From a bacterium (lineage in GTDB: Bacteria > SAR324 > JACQKK01): a stretch of 64,000 nt of DNA. Below the pieces are notes generated by a model. That model searched no databases. It was not told the origin of the DNA and was given only the letters and a program-made list of their open reading frames with translations. Made by a program: the position numbers and the translations under genes. Shown here piece after piece: positions 20,105-28,833 of this stretch. The stretch spans positions 1,472,001-1,536,000 of the forward strand of contig OZ251219.1 in assembly GCA_965240465.1 (NCBI GenBank), given 5' to 3'. Each line of letters opens with the position of its first letter. The first letter of the stretch is position 1.

Positions 20105-21082
20105 TTATGTAGTGTAGGGAGCATGAGTGTTAACCAAGGTAATATTTATGGAATTTCCATTAGCTTGACGAATTGCTTTTGCTGAGAATTCAGTTTCTAA
20201 GGGACCAGGACCGCTTATTGTAGGCTTTAGTTCAACATATTGAATTTCTGGTAATGATATTTGTACAGATTCTTTAACATCACCTGATAGTGTCACACCA
20301 CTTTCAAATTCTAGGCTAAAAGAACGTCTTTCTTGATTAAGAAAAGCTACATATTCTCTATCATTATCAAATCGTGCACTACCTTGCAGGCTTATAGTTC
20401 TAAAGCCGCTTCTTTGTATCCGTGAAGGATACTTACCTCCATCTAGTGTATGTAATACCTCTAGGTTTTCATCTAATTGAATACTAAGTTGAGTGAAATC
20501 ACCATATAAGTCATTATTGATATTACACTTAGCCTGTTGCCAGCTTAGTGGCTTATCATAATTATAAGTAACACTCACAGGATTAGTGTCTTTGAAGCGT
20601 CCTCCCAGCATTCCTAATTTCAATTTAAGGAATTCTCCATTAGCGACACTTAGCTCTAGTGAAGATGCTACCATATCGTAAAATACCCTAGCTTTACTGT
20701 CGCCATGGAAGTGCTTGTATATGGCAAGCGGATGGTTAACGAATTTGCTGTTATGGTCCTGATTTTTGGGGGAAAACAGGTGAACGTAGTAATTGTTGCT
20801 TGATCTTACAGAATAAGAATTTCCTAAAACAGATTGAAATAATAATCCTACGGCTAAAGGTGAGGCTTCTACTGACAGCTCCCCACTGATGGTAATAGGT
20901 CCAGAATGAAGATTTCCTTCATCAAATACACCGTGCATATTTTGCTCTACCAAGGGTGGTTGTTCTACCGATACTGATTCTGATAGTAGTGGTAACCATT
21001 GCAAGGTAGGCATTCTAAATTGATTTGTACTTGTAGCAGACTGAAAGCCTATCGCCAACGAAGCATTTTGTCCGTACTTCAT
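20105..21082 (-). CDS. phage major tail tube protein (non-contractile)
   Basis: 325 aa; LLSESVS, ISGELSVE, GFRTISLQG, ISGPGPL patterns; AGGAG RBS; no sheath gene nearby. Confidence 0.75.
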   Translation of the reverse strand: MKYGQNASLAIGFQSATSTNQFRMPTLQWLPLLSESVSVEQPPLVEQNMHGVFDEGNLHSGPITISGELSVEASPLAVGLLFQSVLGNSYSVRSSNNYYVHLFSPKNQDHNSKFVNHPLAIYKHFHGDSKARVFYDMVASSLELSVANGEFLKLKLGMLGGRFKDTNPVSVTYNYDKPLSWQQAKCNINNDLYGDFTQLSIQLDENLEVLHTLDGGKYPSRIQRSGFRTISLQGSARFDNDREYVAFLNQERRSFSLEFESGVTLSGDVKESVQISLPEIQYVELKPTISGPGPLETEFSAKAIRQANGNSINITLVNTHAPYTT

Positions 21083-21172
21083 AATATCTCCTGTAAGGTT
21101 GTGAAAAAAATAACAAGTAAGGTAATAAATATCAGTAATGAAAATAGTAATATAATTGTAATAAGATGGTAT

Positions 21173-21637
21173 TTAACAAGGGATAGTTTGTAGAGCAATT
21201 TCATTGGTGAACAACCACGTATCGGCGTTAATATCCCTTTGAAACGGGGATATCTCCATTTCTTCCATGGCTAGTAACACGCCGCTAAGCAGAAGATTAC
21301 TGTAAAGAGCACTTAGTAGCAGATTTTGGATTTTATATAGGCGTTTGCTTGCATCTTGAGAACTTTTATGGCTAGAATCTTGAAGGTAGAGTAGCATTTC
21401 TAGTTGTGATTGCCATAATTTTGAACCCCCTAAGGTATGGGGTTTCAATTGCAATCTACCCGGATAGATTCCTAGCCAGGGTGTTAAGCTGATATCACGA
21501 TTGATGGGTTCAGCATGCTGTATTGTTAATCCTGCTTTGGTAAGTGCACTATCCTGAGAAAGCTGGGTTACTATAGCCTGAGCTATTTCTTCTACTGGTA
21601 CGTAATTTGTTTGACTGCTAGGGGATTGTTGTTTCAT
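21173..21637 (-). CDS. putative tail terminator/completion protein
   Basis: 154 aa before the tail tube gene, PWLGIY motif; synteny. Confidence 0.55.
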   Translation of the reverse strand: MKQQSPSSQTNYVPVEEIAQAIVTQLSQDSALTKAGLTIQHAEPINRDISLTPWLGIYPGRLQLKPHTLGGSKLWQSQLEMLLYLQDSSHKSSQDASKRLYKIQNLLLSALYSNLLLSGVLLAMEEMEISPFQRDINADTWLFTNEIALQTIPC

Positions 21638-21678
21638 ATTATTGTGACTATTTTTTAGGAATAGTGAGGAAACTTATG

Positions 21679-22119
21679 CTATGGAATGTATTTTGGAATG
21701 AAAGGCAATTTGGATAATCTGTCCTTAAGATTTTGCTTAAGCAATGTTTCAGCCTGGGGAAGCTCTGGGAACAGGGGCCTTTTGGGGACTCCCTGTCCTA
21801 GATGATGAAGCACCGCATATGCTGCAGTGTTGGTTGCTTTAATATCTTTTGAAGACTGGAGTAACTTAAAACTATTTCTTAATTTACCTGTGTTAACTAG
21901 CAATGGACGGGTGTTACGCTTTTTTGAACTACTGCTTCGGGGAATCCAGCTGCCACTTTGCAGTAACCTTCCTTGCCCATCAAAGTTTTTTTTAGTCCAA
22001 GCAATCATGGTTTTTCCTAATTCTTGGTGGGTCTGTTTTATCCAACTTGCAGATGCTTGAGGATTACTCCACTGACGTCCCAATTGCTCTAAGGCTTTAT
22101 GTGCATTATTTTGTGGCAT
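21679..22119 (-). CDS. phage virion morphogenesis protein (Mu gpG/P2 gpS-like)
   Basis: KNFDGQG...W..., LLVNTGKLRNSF, TNTAAYAVLHHLG, VPKRPLFP. Confidence 0.8.
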   Translation of the reverse strand: MPQNNAHKALEQLGRQWSNPQASASWIKQTHQELGKTMIAWTKKNFDGQGRLLQSGSWIPRSSSSKKRNTRPLLVNTGKLRNSFKLLQSSKDIKATNTAAYAVLHHLGQGVPKRPLFPELPQAETLLKQNLKDRLSKLPFIPKYIP

Positions 22120-22162
22120 GGCAGTATATAAGTAGTAAAAATTACTGACGGCGGTTATTTTG

Positions 22163-22546
22163 CTAATCAGGAACAAAGGTGTTTTTTATATTACGGGTAC
22201 TGCTCCAAACTTGCTGTCCAGGAGAATTTACCCAGAGCAGTTCTCCGTTATCTAACACCATGGCCTGATTACCCTGGGAGATCTCTTTAATTCTATTTTG
22301 AATCTCTTTTTGGAACGGCAGCATAATTGTTTCATCTTTGCTACGCTGGAGGATGAGCAGATAGGCAAGATCAATAGTAAGGTCGCGAGCGGTTAAATTG
22401 TTTTGTCCTAAGGGAACGGAAACCCAAGGGGCAAGCATAGCTTCTAGCCTTAAAGAGGCATAGAGCAGATAGTGGTTAGTAAGTTCTTCATCACTGATAC
22501 GAGTGATGTAGCGTTCTTTGAATTGTGAAACAGTTGCATAAACCAT
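22163..22546 (-). CDS. head-tail adaptor (Mu gp36/DUF1320-like)
   Basis: MVYATVSQFKERY, VSVPL, DLAYL, IKEISQG; directly after the capsid gene. Confidence 0.7.
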   Translation of the reverse strand: MVYATVSQFKERYITRISDEELTNHYLLYASLRLEAMLAPWVSVPLGQNNLTARDLTIDLAYLLILQRSKDETIMLPFQKEIQNRIKEISQGNQAMVLDNGELLWVNSPGQQVWSSTRNIKNTFVPD

Positions 22547-22604
22547 GGCTAATAATTGGTAAAAGTTTGATAAATAATGAAGATTGTTTTCTAAGAGTAA
22601 GGGA

Positions 22605-22680
22605 GGGAGGCAATCGAGAAACACACACTAGGGCTTTTTTCTGCCAGGGGCCTCGGCAGGTTGGCCAAGGATTACCTCCC
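22605..22680 (-). other. intergenic stem-loop structure downstream of the capsid gene
   Basis: Outer 11-bp stem GGGAGGTAATC/GATTGCCTCCC enclosing inner CTGCC...GGCAG stem. Confidence 0.5.
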
Positions 22681-22693
22681 TATATTTGCAAGC

Positions 22694-23647
22694 TTAGGAT
22701 TTAACGTTTCTGACCAAATATCCAAGAGATTTGGCTGTAATCGCCTCTGCTTGGTAGTATCCGATCTCCACTTCATGACAATGTCTCCGAGTATCATAGG
22801 GGTGGCGAACAACCTGCATGTTAGGGATGTCAGACGCCGCCCAACGGAAGAAATAGCCAAATGAAGGAGTCTCCATAGAAGCTGCATCTGGTGCATAGTA
22901 GACCAAAACATTGCTTCCCCATATTTGTTGTAGGTTGATATCTAGGCCTTCCTCAGCACTATTTCTCCATGCATTTCCAACATGTATCTTGCACTCCAAT
23001 AGTTCTTCTATTTGAGATGAACTTGGGTAGAGACCTCCTCCAGATACAATGGAATTGTTAGCACGATCACTCACTGTTCTATGGCGACGGAACAATTGCC
23101 AAGCTTGTCCAGAAAACAGAACCCGATTGGGACGGTAACCAGTAGAAGATTCTACGCTGTCTATAGCAGCTAAGATATCGTTAAGAGGTTTAGCACCGGT
23201 GGCGTTCCATTTGTTGGTAGGGGTAGAATTACCTCCCACATTATCAGTGTTGGAAATAAGTTTGGCAAGGCGGACTTCCCAATCCAACAAGATAGAATCT
23301 TGCACGCGCATTATGCGTCCCTCTTCAAATTGTTGAATAAACACCGGATCGGCATTGATACGGTCTTCTAGGGTCACATCTACCTTAAGGGCATAATTGC
23401 TACAAAAGAATCCAGATTTAGAAATACGAGAGTGGATCTTATTAGCTTCGGTGCCACGAGAACGACTAGTGTCTTCGTGTCGGAATAAATCGGCTTGTTC
23501 AAATACCACATAGTTATCGGACTGTTTGGGGACCTGTACCACGGGGAATACTTGGTCAGCAATGAAGCCCATAGGGCGATAATTAAGAACAACATTAGAA
23601 AGGTGCTGGTCTACATGTAGAATGCGACCTTGCATGTATTCGCTCAT
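22694..23647 (-). CDS. major capsid protein
   Basis: HVDQHLSNVVLNY...FIADQVFPVVQV, TGYRPN, IWG, PSFGY; strong AAGGAG RBS; position after protease and cement genes. Confidence 0.85.
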   Translation of the reverse strand: MSEYMQGRILHVDQHLSNVVLNYRPMGFIADQVFPVVQVPKQSDNYVVFEQADLFRHEDTSRSRGTEANKIHSRISKSGFFCSNYALKVDVTLEDRINADPVFIQQFEEGRIMRVQDSILLDWEVRLAKLISNTDNVGGNSTPTNKWNATGAKPLNDILAAIDSVESSTGYRPNRVLFSGQAWQLFRRHRTVSDRANNSIVSGGGLYPSSSQIEELLECKIHVGNAWRNSAEEGLDINLQQIWGSNVLVYYAPDAASMETPSFGYFFRWAASDIPNMQVVRHPYDTRRHCHEVEIGYYQAEAITAKSLGYLVRNVKS

Positions 23648-23710
23648 GTTAAACTCCTTGGGGAACTGTTGATTATAAAAGTTGGGTTGACAAAGATTAT
23701 GTGACTAGAA

Positions 23711-24088
23711 TTAGGCCTTCTTCACTGGCGTTGCGAAATTGAATACTCCTGTGCCGACAGCACCCGAAGATACGTGGGTTCCTAAACAGCGTCCTATAAT
23801 ATAGGAATCTGTAGTAGCAGATACAAAATATCCAAGACTGTTAACAGTCAACAGAGTACCTGATGTAACACTGTTACCAGCGGAGAATTTCATTACCCCA
23901 GCATAGCCAAGGGTTACAAATTCTCCTGTTTTTCCTCCGTATTGCAGAATGCCAAGAGCAGTTTCGCCTGTACTGGCAGTACTACCACTTACCGTGATTG
24001 CTTTGAATAGATCACCAGAGGCTGTCAGATCATTGAGATCTTCTCCGGCCTTGATTGTAAGGTTGGAATAATTTCCTTGAATGGCCAT
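23711..24088 (-). CDS. capsid decoration/cement protein (DUF2190-like)
   Basis: 125 aa, Gly/Ala/Thr-rich (AGEDL, GILQ, AGNSVTSG, IIGRCL), between protease and capsid genes. Confidence 0.7.
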   Translation of the reverse strand: MAIQGNYSNLTIKAGEDLNDLTASGDLFKAITVSGSTASTGETALGILQYGGKTGEFVTLGYAGVMKFSAGNSVTSGTLLTVNSLGYFVSATTDSYIIGRCLGTHVSSGAVGTGVFNFATPVKKA

Positions 24089-24103
24089 GGGGGGAACTCC
24101 TAA

Positions 24104-24610
24104 TTATTGAGGTTGAATGGTAAAGCTACGGTAGGCCTCAGACAGCTGCGGATGAGAACGCAAGACATGTTGTGCGGCTTGACTATAGCTGATGTTTAAT
24201 TCGTGCATTTTTCCTTCTGCAAGTGCTGCCAGTTGCTGAGCAGGTGTTGTTGCAGTATCCGATGAGGGCGGTCTCATAGAGGAAGCAGCTTCTTCTTGAG
24301 GAAGCACAGGGTTTGACTGTTGAATGAATTCCATTAACCAATTCAAGGAAATTTGAAGAGGTTTGCCTTCAGCAAAGTATCGTGCTTGGCAATTAATTTC
24401 GTTCATAAGAGAATCACGCAAAGTGGGACTTAATTTTCCTGATTTTACTTGAGTGTCACAGCTTCTTTTTGCACTTTGGATGGCAAGGGATAATGCCTTT
24501 GCCTGGCGCATTTTATGAGATTCGCGAAGATGTTCTTCTTGTTGCAGCTTATAGACACGCAGTTCGGAAAGTTCAGTCTGTTCTTCACTGTTGAGCATGG
24601 TGGAGGGCAT
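24104..24610 (-). CDS. nested in-frame scaffolding protein (168 aa)
   Basis: AAGGAG-aaaaat-ATG inside the protease gene, in frame (MPSTMLNSEE...). Confidence 0.55.
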   Translation of the reverse strand: MPSTMLNSEEQTELSELRVYKLQQEEHLRESHKMRQAKALSLAIQSAKRSCDTQVKSGKLSPTLRDSLMNEINCQARYFAEGKPLQISLNWLMEFIQQSNPVLPQEEAASSMRPPSSDTATTPAQQLAALAEGKMHELNISYSQAAQHVLRSHPQLSEAYRSFTIQPQ

Positions 24611-25261
24611 ATTTTTCTCCTTCCGCTTTAAGGTTAAAGAAGAGGTTGATGAATGAGATGCCTGCTGAGGAATGAATTCTTTTACATTCTCCAGAGGCAA
24701 GATGAATACCCGCGAATTGCGAGCACAAAAACCTGAAGGCCAATCTGCCGTCAGGAAAATTGATAAATCTTTCAAGTTAGTCACAGCAGGCAAGTCAGCA
24801 CCTAGCAAGGCTACGGCCTTCAGTGTTTTGCCTATTTTTCTACCCTTATATTCAGCCTCAAAGTAAATTTCTGCAGAAACCCTTCGCCAGCGACCTTCAG
24901 TAATAGCTTTTCGTACTACGGCAGGAACTTGAAGAAAGGTTGCTATTAATTTATCCCCCTCTACCCGCAATGCACTAACCCAACCCAAGGCTGGGTCGCC
25001 ATCGCTTTGCCCCAATAATGTTTGATCTTCATCATGACCAAATTTTAATGGAGGTTTTATTTCATTCTTTAGTAATTCAAAATTATGAGCAATCTCTTCC
25101 AAATCTTCTCGGCTGAAATACTCTCCATTCCATTTTCCTACACTCATAATTTCTGCTTCTAGAGAAGATCTACCTTCGGCATCTTTGTTTGGGATCTGGG
25201 AAACGGGACCTTTGTCATAAGGTAGCATTTCTTGTTCTTGGCGGAGACTCTGCATGTTCAT
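24104..25261 (-). CDS. prohead protease-scaffold protein (Mu gpI-like)
   Basis: GKWNG, PPLKFGH, PALGWV, WRRVSAEI, AVALLGADLPAVTNL; coiled C-terminal scaffold ending ISYSQAA. Confidence 0.8.
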   Translation of the reverse strand: MNMQSLRQEQEMLPYDKGPVSQIPNKDAEGRSSLEAEIMSVGKWNGEYFSREDLEEIAHNFELLKNEIKPPLKFGHDEDQTLLGQSDGDPALGWVSALRVEGDKLIATFLQVPAVVRKAITEGRWRRVSAEIYFEAEYKGRKIGKTLKAVALLGADLPAVTNLKDLSIFLTADWPSGFCARNSRVFILPLENVKEFIPQQASHSSTSSLTLKRKEKNMPSTMLNSEEQTELSELRVYKLQQEEHLRESHKMRQAKALSLAIQSAKRSCDTQVKSGKLSPTLRDSLMNEINCQARYFAEGKPLQISLNWLMEFIQQSNPVLPQEEAASSMRPPSSDTATTPAQQLAALAEGKMHELNISYSQAAQHVLRSHPQLSEAYRSFTIQPQ

Positions 25262-25349
25262 TTATCCTTGTATTTAGGTTAGCTATGGTAGAAAACTTTT
25301 TGCGTTGGTGAATTTTAATAGGATGTTAAATGATTTTTATTTGATGTTT

Positions 25350-26801
25350 CTATACCATTGATGGATGGGGTTTTATGCCATTAGCACGGTTGTTTGGGGT
25401 ATCTGGATCAGGCCTTAGCTGTCCATTGGCACGGACTCCACTCTGCTGATTTGGAGGGTACGTACCGTTAGTTGATAAAGGGAATCCCAACAATTCACGG
25501 ATGCGAGATTCGTCTTCGGTAGAGGGGGTAACCAGACCACTAGTGACAGCATCCTTCCATCTGGCAACTGTATCTTGTCGTTGCTGCTCAGTTAGAGGAG
25601 CAAAAGAGAAGCGTGGGTATTCTACTAGTCCAAAATTCCACCATGATAGCTCGCGAAATAGCTGTTCATTGAGGACATCTGCGACTGACTCTGCAATGCC
25701 ATTAAGCACAAAGAAGAATGTTTCTAGTTGGATACGGCTCTGACTATATCCTCCTGTTTGTCCTTGTTCTGAAAATCCTAACAAGTTTGGCACTAGCAAA
25801 GCTTTAGCGATGGCCTTATCTCGTGCTGCGATGGCACGCTCAAAAGCATCTGTGGAAGGGGCATTAATCATTTCTAGCTCTACATTGGCGGGAGTAATAA
25901 TGGAGGTACGCCCACTTAGGTTTTGCATTGCTTGTTTGAGAGATTCCCTATCTTGAGAACTAATGGCACCAGATATACGCCCATGAACAAAACCAGATGC
26001 CATTCTCTCTAGGTAGATATTCCAGAATTTAAATATGTTTTCTTTAGCCCACCAATGGCGATAGCATTCGCGAAGATCAGACTCCCCGTATTGCAAGTTT
26101 TCTTCTGGCTTATTCACATGATGAATAAATCGCCTTAGTGGTAGCTGGACTTCTTTTACGCCTTGTTGCTGTATCAGTTTGGTAGTGTTACCGTATTTAT
26201 CTACTTCAAAGCGAAAGGTTTCTGCGGGGCGAAGCTTTAAGGAACGTAGGCTCCAACGATACTGCCCTTGCCAAATAACGGATTGGAATGTTTTTTCGAG
26301 CAAGCTAAAGCCAAATACATGACTGGTAAGTATGTCTCCCATGGCTTGATGGAAAGATCCACACAGATGTTTTTCCATCATTGTATGAAAGAAATCAGCA
26401 GCTATTTTTTGTTCATCTGTATTGGTCTCAAATCGCCACGAACGCGAGGTGATTACCGCTTGTTTTAATCCGAGTAAGGCACGGATCTGATCATCTTTCA
26501 TTACTCTGCGATATATTCCAGATCCCCAGCCTTCGCCCATTTCTGGATGCCAAGATACGCTTGGTTGTTGTTGAAAGAATGACCTTTCAGCCCATGCTAT
26601 TTCTTTGCTGTGAGAAGTCCATGGTTTAGTGCTACGCCGTGTATCTGCATGGAGGCGAATTTCATCGGATTGCATCCCGGTTGATGTACTTGGATTATGG
26701 GAAGAAGTTTGGTCATCCACGCTATGCTTGGCAGCTGTTGATTTGCCTAGCAAGCGATGAATGATACTCTGTCTGGGTCTTTTATAAGCTTTGGTAGGCA
26801 T
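25350..26801 (-). CDS. portal protein (Mu gp29/DUF935-like)
   Basis: FGFSLLE, YGESDLRECY..WWAK, W..YLER, IAKALL, GGYSQSR, LNEQL...NFG...YPRF. Confidence 0.85.
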   Translation of the reverse strand: MPTKAYKRPRQSIIHRLLGKSTAAKHSVDDQTSSHNPSTSTGMQSDEIRLHADTRRSTKPWTSHSKEIAWAERSFFQQQPSVSWHPEMGEGWGSGIYRRVMKDDQIRALLGLKQAVITSRSWRFETNTDEQKIAADFFHTMMEKHLCGSFHQAMGDILTSHVFGFSLLEKTFQSVIWQGQYRWSLRSLKLRPAETFRFEVDKYGNTTKLIQQQGVKEVQLPLRRFIHHVNKPEENLQYGESDLRECYRHWWAKENIFKFWNIYLERMASGFVHGRISGAISSQDRESLKQAMQNLSGRTSIITPANVELEMINAPSTDAFERAIAARDKAIAKALLVPNLLGFSEQGQTGGYSQSRIQLETFFFVLNGIAESVADVLNEQLFRELSWWNFGLVEYPRFSFAPLTEQQRQDTVARWKDAVTSGLVTPSTEDESRIRELLGFPLSTNGTYPPNQQSGVRANGQLRPDPDTPNNRANGIKPHPSMV

Positions 26802-28077
26802 GTTCGCTTTCAGAGTGAGGGTTTCCTAAAATAAATTCTCTTCTGGTTTCATTTATTCCCCAGCAGCAGAGAGCCAAAGCCATGACGCAATCGTCATGCT
26901 GACCTTGAGGTGCACTGGTGCGGATGAAACCCGAAGGTAGGCGATAATGTTCATAAGCAGCTAATTCGTTCATGGTTTCTCGGTGATAAGCCAAGCTCAG
27001 CATTCCTTGCTCCATACAAAGAGCCAAGAGTTCCACCAATTGCTGCTTGCGAGAGTGAGTGAATACCACTGGATAAGCTTCTGCTCCCATACGGTTCATT
27101 TCTTCACAGATGGGGTCACCACTGCCGCTGGCATCCACATAGAGCGGTGCATAGTTAAAACGACGAGATAATGCCAGCAATCTTTCTAATTGACCCCGCC
27201 ATGGAATTCGATGAAAACGCTCACAGTACACGGTACTACGAGTATCAACACAACCTACCCATGCAACGGTGAAATCACCCCAACGGGCTAGATCTACTCC
27301 CAGTATGTAGGAGTGTCCAACTTTAGGAGCAGCATCCATTTTTACAAGTTGTATATCGTTAAGAGATTGGAAAACCTTCTGATTTTCATTAGCAAATTCA
27401 GCCATAATCTCTTGTTGATAGACTGCCCTAGGCATCTGTTTCTGTAGACCTTCTAGCTCTTTTTTGCTGAGTAATGGATTGATATGAGAAGGATGCCTAA
27501 AACTTGCCCAGTCTTGCTGCTGAGTATCTTGTCCCCAATCAAACATACGCCTGAAAAGACCATCTCCTTTGGGAGCCCCAATGCAAAAAAATCGGGCATG
27601 AGGACTTTCTATAAGCATAGGTAGCAAGGTGTGGTAATAAATGGATTCATCACGCAAAACCAGTCCTGCTTCATTTATCCAGATGTAGTCATAAGCAAAC
27701 CCTTCCAACATTTCAGGGCGTTCTGCCGAACCGAAATCACACCATGAACCGCTTTCAAAATTTAGGACATGGTCGCTTGCATCCCATTTCCACTCTGAAC
27801 CCTTAAGGCAGGGACTAAAATAACGAGCTATCAACTTGTGGATATTTCTATAACTAGTATCTATCCACAAATGACAACTCCGAGGATGTAAGTGTGCCAA
27901 TTCTACCAGTCTTGTTATCGCACCATGAGTACCACCCGCCCGACGCCCTTTTACATAGACTATGTTTCTTGTCGGACAATCAAACACCTCAAGTTGATGA
28001 GGCAAATAAGACAATGTTATGGCTTTTTCTTTTGTGTAATCAGCGTGACAGGGGAGCATTTTAATATGTCTCTTCAA
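26782..28077 (-). CDS. terminase large subunit
   Basis: LPHQ, KGRRAGGT, LEGFAYDYIWINEAG, GAPKG, INPLL, YQQEIMAEF, GVDLA, VDASG, HDDCVMALAL. Confidence 0.92.
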   Translation of the reverse strand: MKRHIKMLPCHADYTKEKAITLSYLPHQLEVFDCPTRNIVYVKGRRAGGTHGAITRLVELAHLHPRSCHLWIDTSYRNIHKLIARYFSPCLKGSEWKWDASDHVLNFESGSWCDFGSAERPEMLEGFAYDYIWINEAGLVLRDESIYYHTLLPMLIESPHARFFCIGAPKGDGLFRRMFDWGQDTQQQDWASFRHPSHINPLLSKKELEGLQKQMPRAVYQQEIMAEFANENQKVFQSLNDIQLVKMDAAPKVGHSYILGVDLARWGDFTVAWVGCVDTRSTVYCERFHRIPWRGQLERLLALSRRFNYAPLYVDASGSGDPICEEMNRMGAEAYPVVFTHSRKQQLVELLALCMEQGMLSLAYHRETMNELAAYEHYRLPSGFIRTSAPQGQHDDCVMALALCCWGINETRREFILGNPHSESEHAYQSL

Positions 28078-28244
28078 TGAATATTCTTAGTTCATCAGCT
28101 CAGTGATAAACACTCCGTAATAATACGAAGGTCATAAAAAGCCCCATTAGTATGCTCAGGCATACAAAGCTTGTCGCTAAATGCAATAATCTACTGAGAG
28201 CTACTCAGTAAGATGTTTTTATTAGTGTGTGTTGGATTATCTTT

Positions 28245-28273
28245 ATGCTAAGGCATTAGAAATACTTTTTCAA
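28245..28273 (-). promoter_or_regulatory. candidate sigma70-type promoter for the head-tail cluster
   Basis: TTGAAA (28273-28268), 17-nt spacer, TAGCAT (28250-28245); palindromes at 28192-28210 and 28150-28165 lie downstream. Confidence 0.4.
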
Positions 28274-28405
28274 GTAAAAAATGTAATTCTACGAAAAAAT
28301 AATTGGGGAATACCAAAAAGACAAAGCCATCCTCCCTTAACCTTGAAAAGGTAGCTTATGTGTTCTGCTTTCATCAGAGGATGAAGGTAAATTGATTACG
28401 GCAGA

Positions 28406-28741
28406 TTAGCCGGTAATTCTTTCTAGTAAGGGAGATATATTTCCCTGCAAGATAAAGGCGATAACCAGTCCGTAAATAACCAGAGATTCAATCAATGCCA
28501 AACCAATGATCATAGGAGTAAAGATGCGACCAGAAGCATTTGGATTGCGTGCAATACCTTCTAGGGCTGCCGAAACAGCCTTGCCTTGTCCCAACGCACC
28601 ACCCAAAGCAGCGATACCTATTGCTAATCCTGATGCCAAGGAAAGTCCTAATACAGAAATCTCGCCGTCTGCAACCGCATAAACTGGAGAAGCTCCCATT
28701 ACGAATAAGGTAGAAAACAGAGTAAGTGATTTTTTATTCAT
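28406..28741 (-). CDS. atpE: ATP synthase F0 subunit c
   Basis: [22 protein letters not shown]. Confidence 0.96.
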   Translation of the reverse strand: MNKKSLTLFSTLFVMGASPVYAVADGEISVLGLSLASGLAIGIAALGGALGQGKAVSAALEGIARNPNASGRIFTPMIIGLALIESLVIYGLVIAFILQGNISPLLERITG

Positions 28742-28833
28742 TGCGTCTCTCTAAAAATAAGCCTCTCTAAAAAACAGAATTCGCTCCCTGCTGAGGAGTC
28801 TACAAAATAAACTGATAATAACCAATAAAAAAT

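Larger units (their letters stand above)
15817..28077 (-). mobile_element. compact phage head-tail structural cluster (candidate gene transfer agent or domesticated prophage remnant)
   Basis: 15 co-oriented ORFs in virion-gene order from terminase to fibre, flanked by atpE and tRNA-Asn; no integrase, replication, repressor or lysis ORF. Confidence 0.85.

Noticed and set aside
22694-23647. Encapsulin shell gene
   Set aside because: It sits among portal, terminase and tail genes, so it is a virion capsid.
15817-28077. Tailocin or contractile injection system
   Set aside because: Terminase, portal, protease and capsid are present, and no sheath or baseplate wedge gene was recognised.
15817-28077. 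Complete inducible or transposable (Mu-like) prophage
   Set aside because: No transposase, integrase, repressor, replication or lysis genes, and housekeeping genes on both sides. A decayed remnant remains possible.
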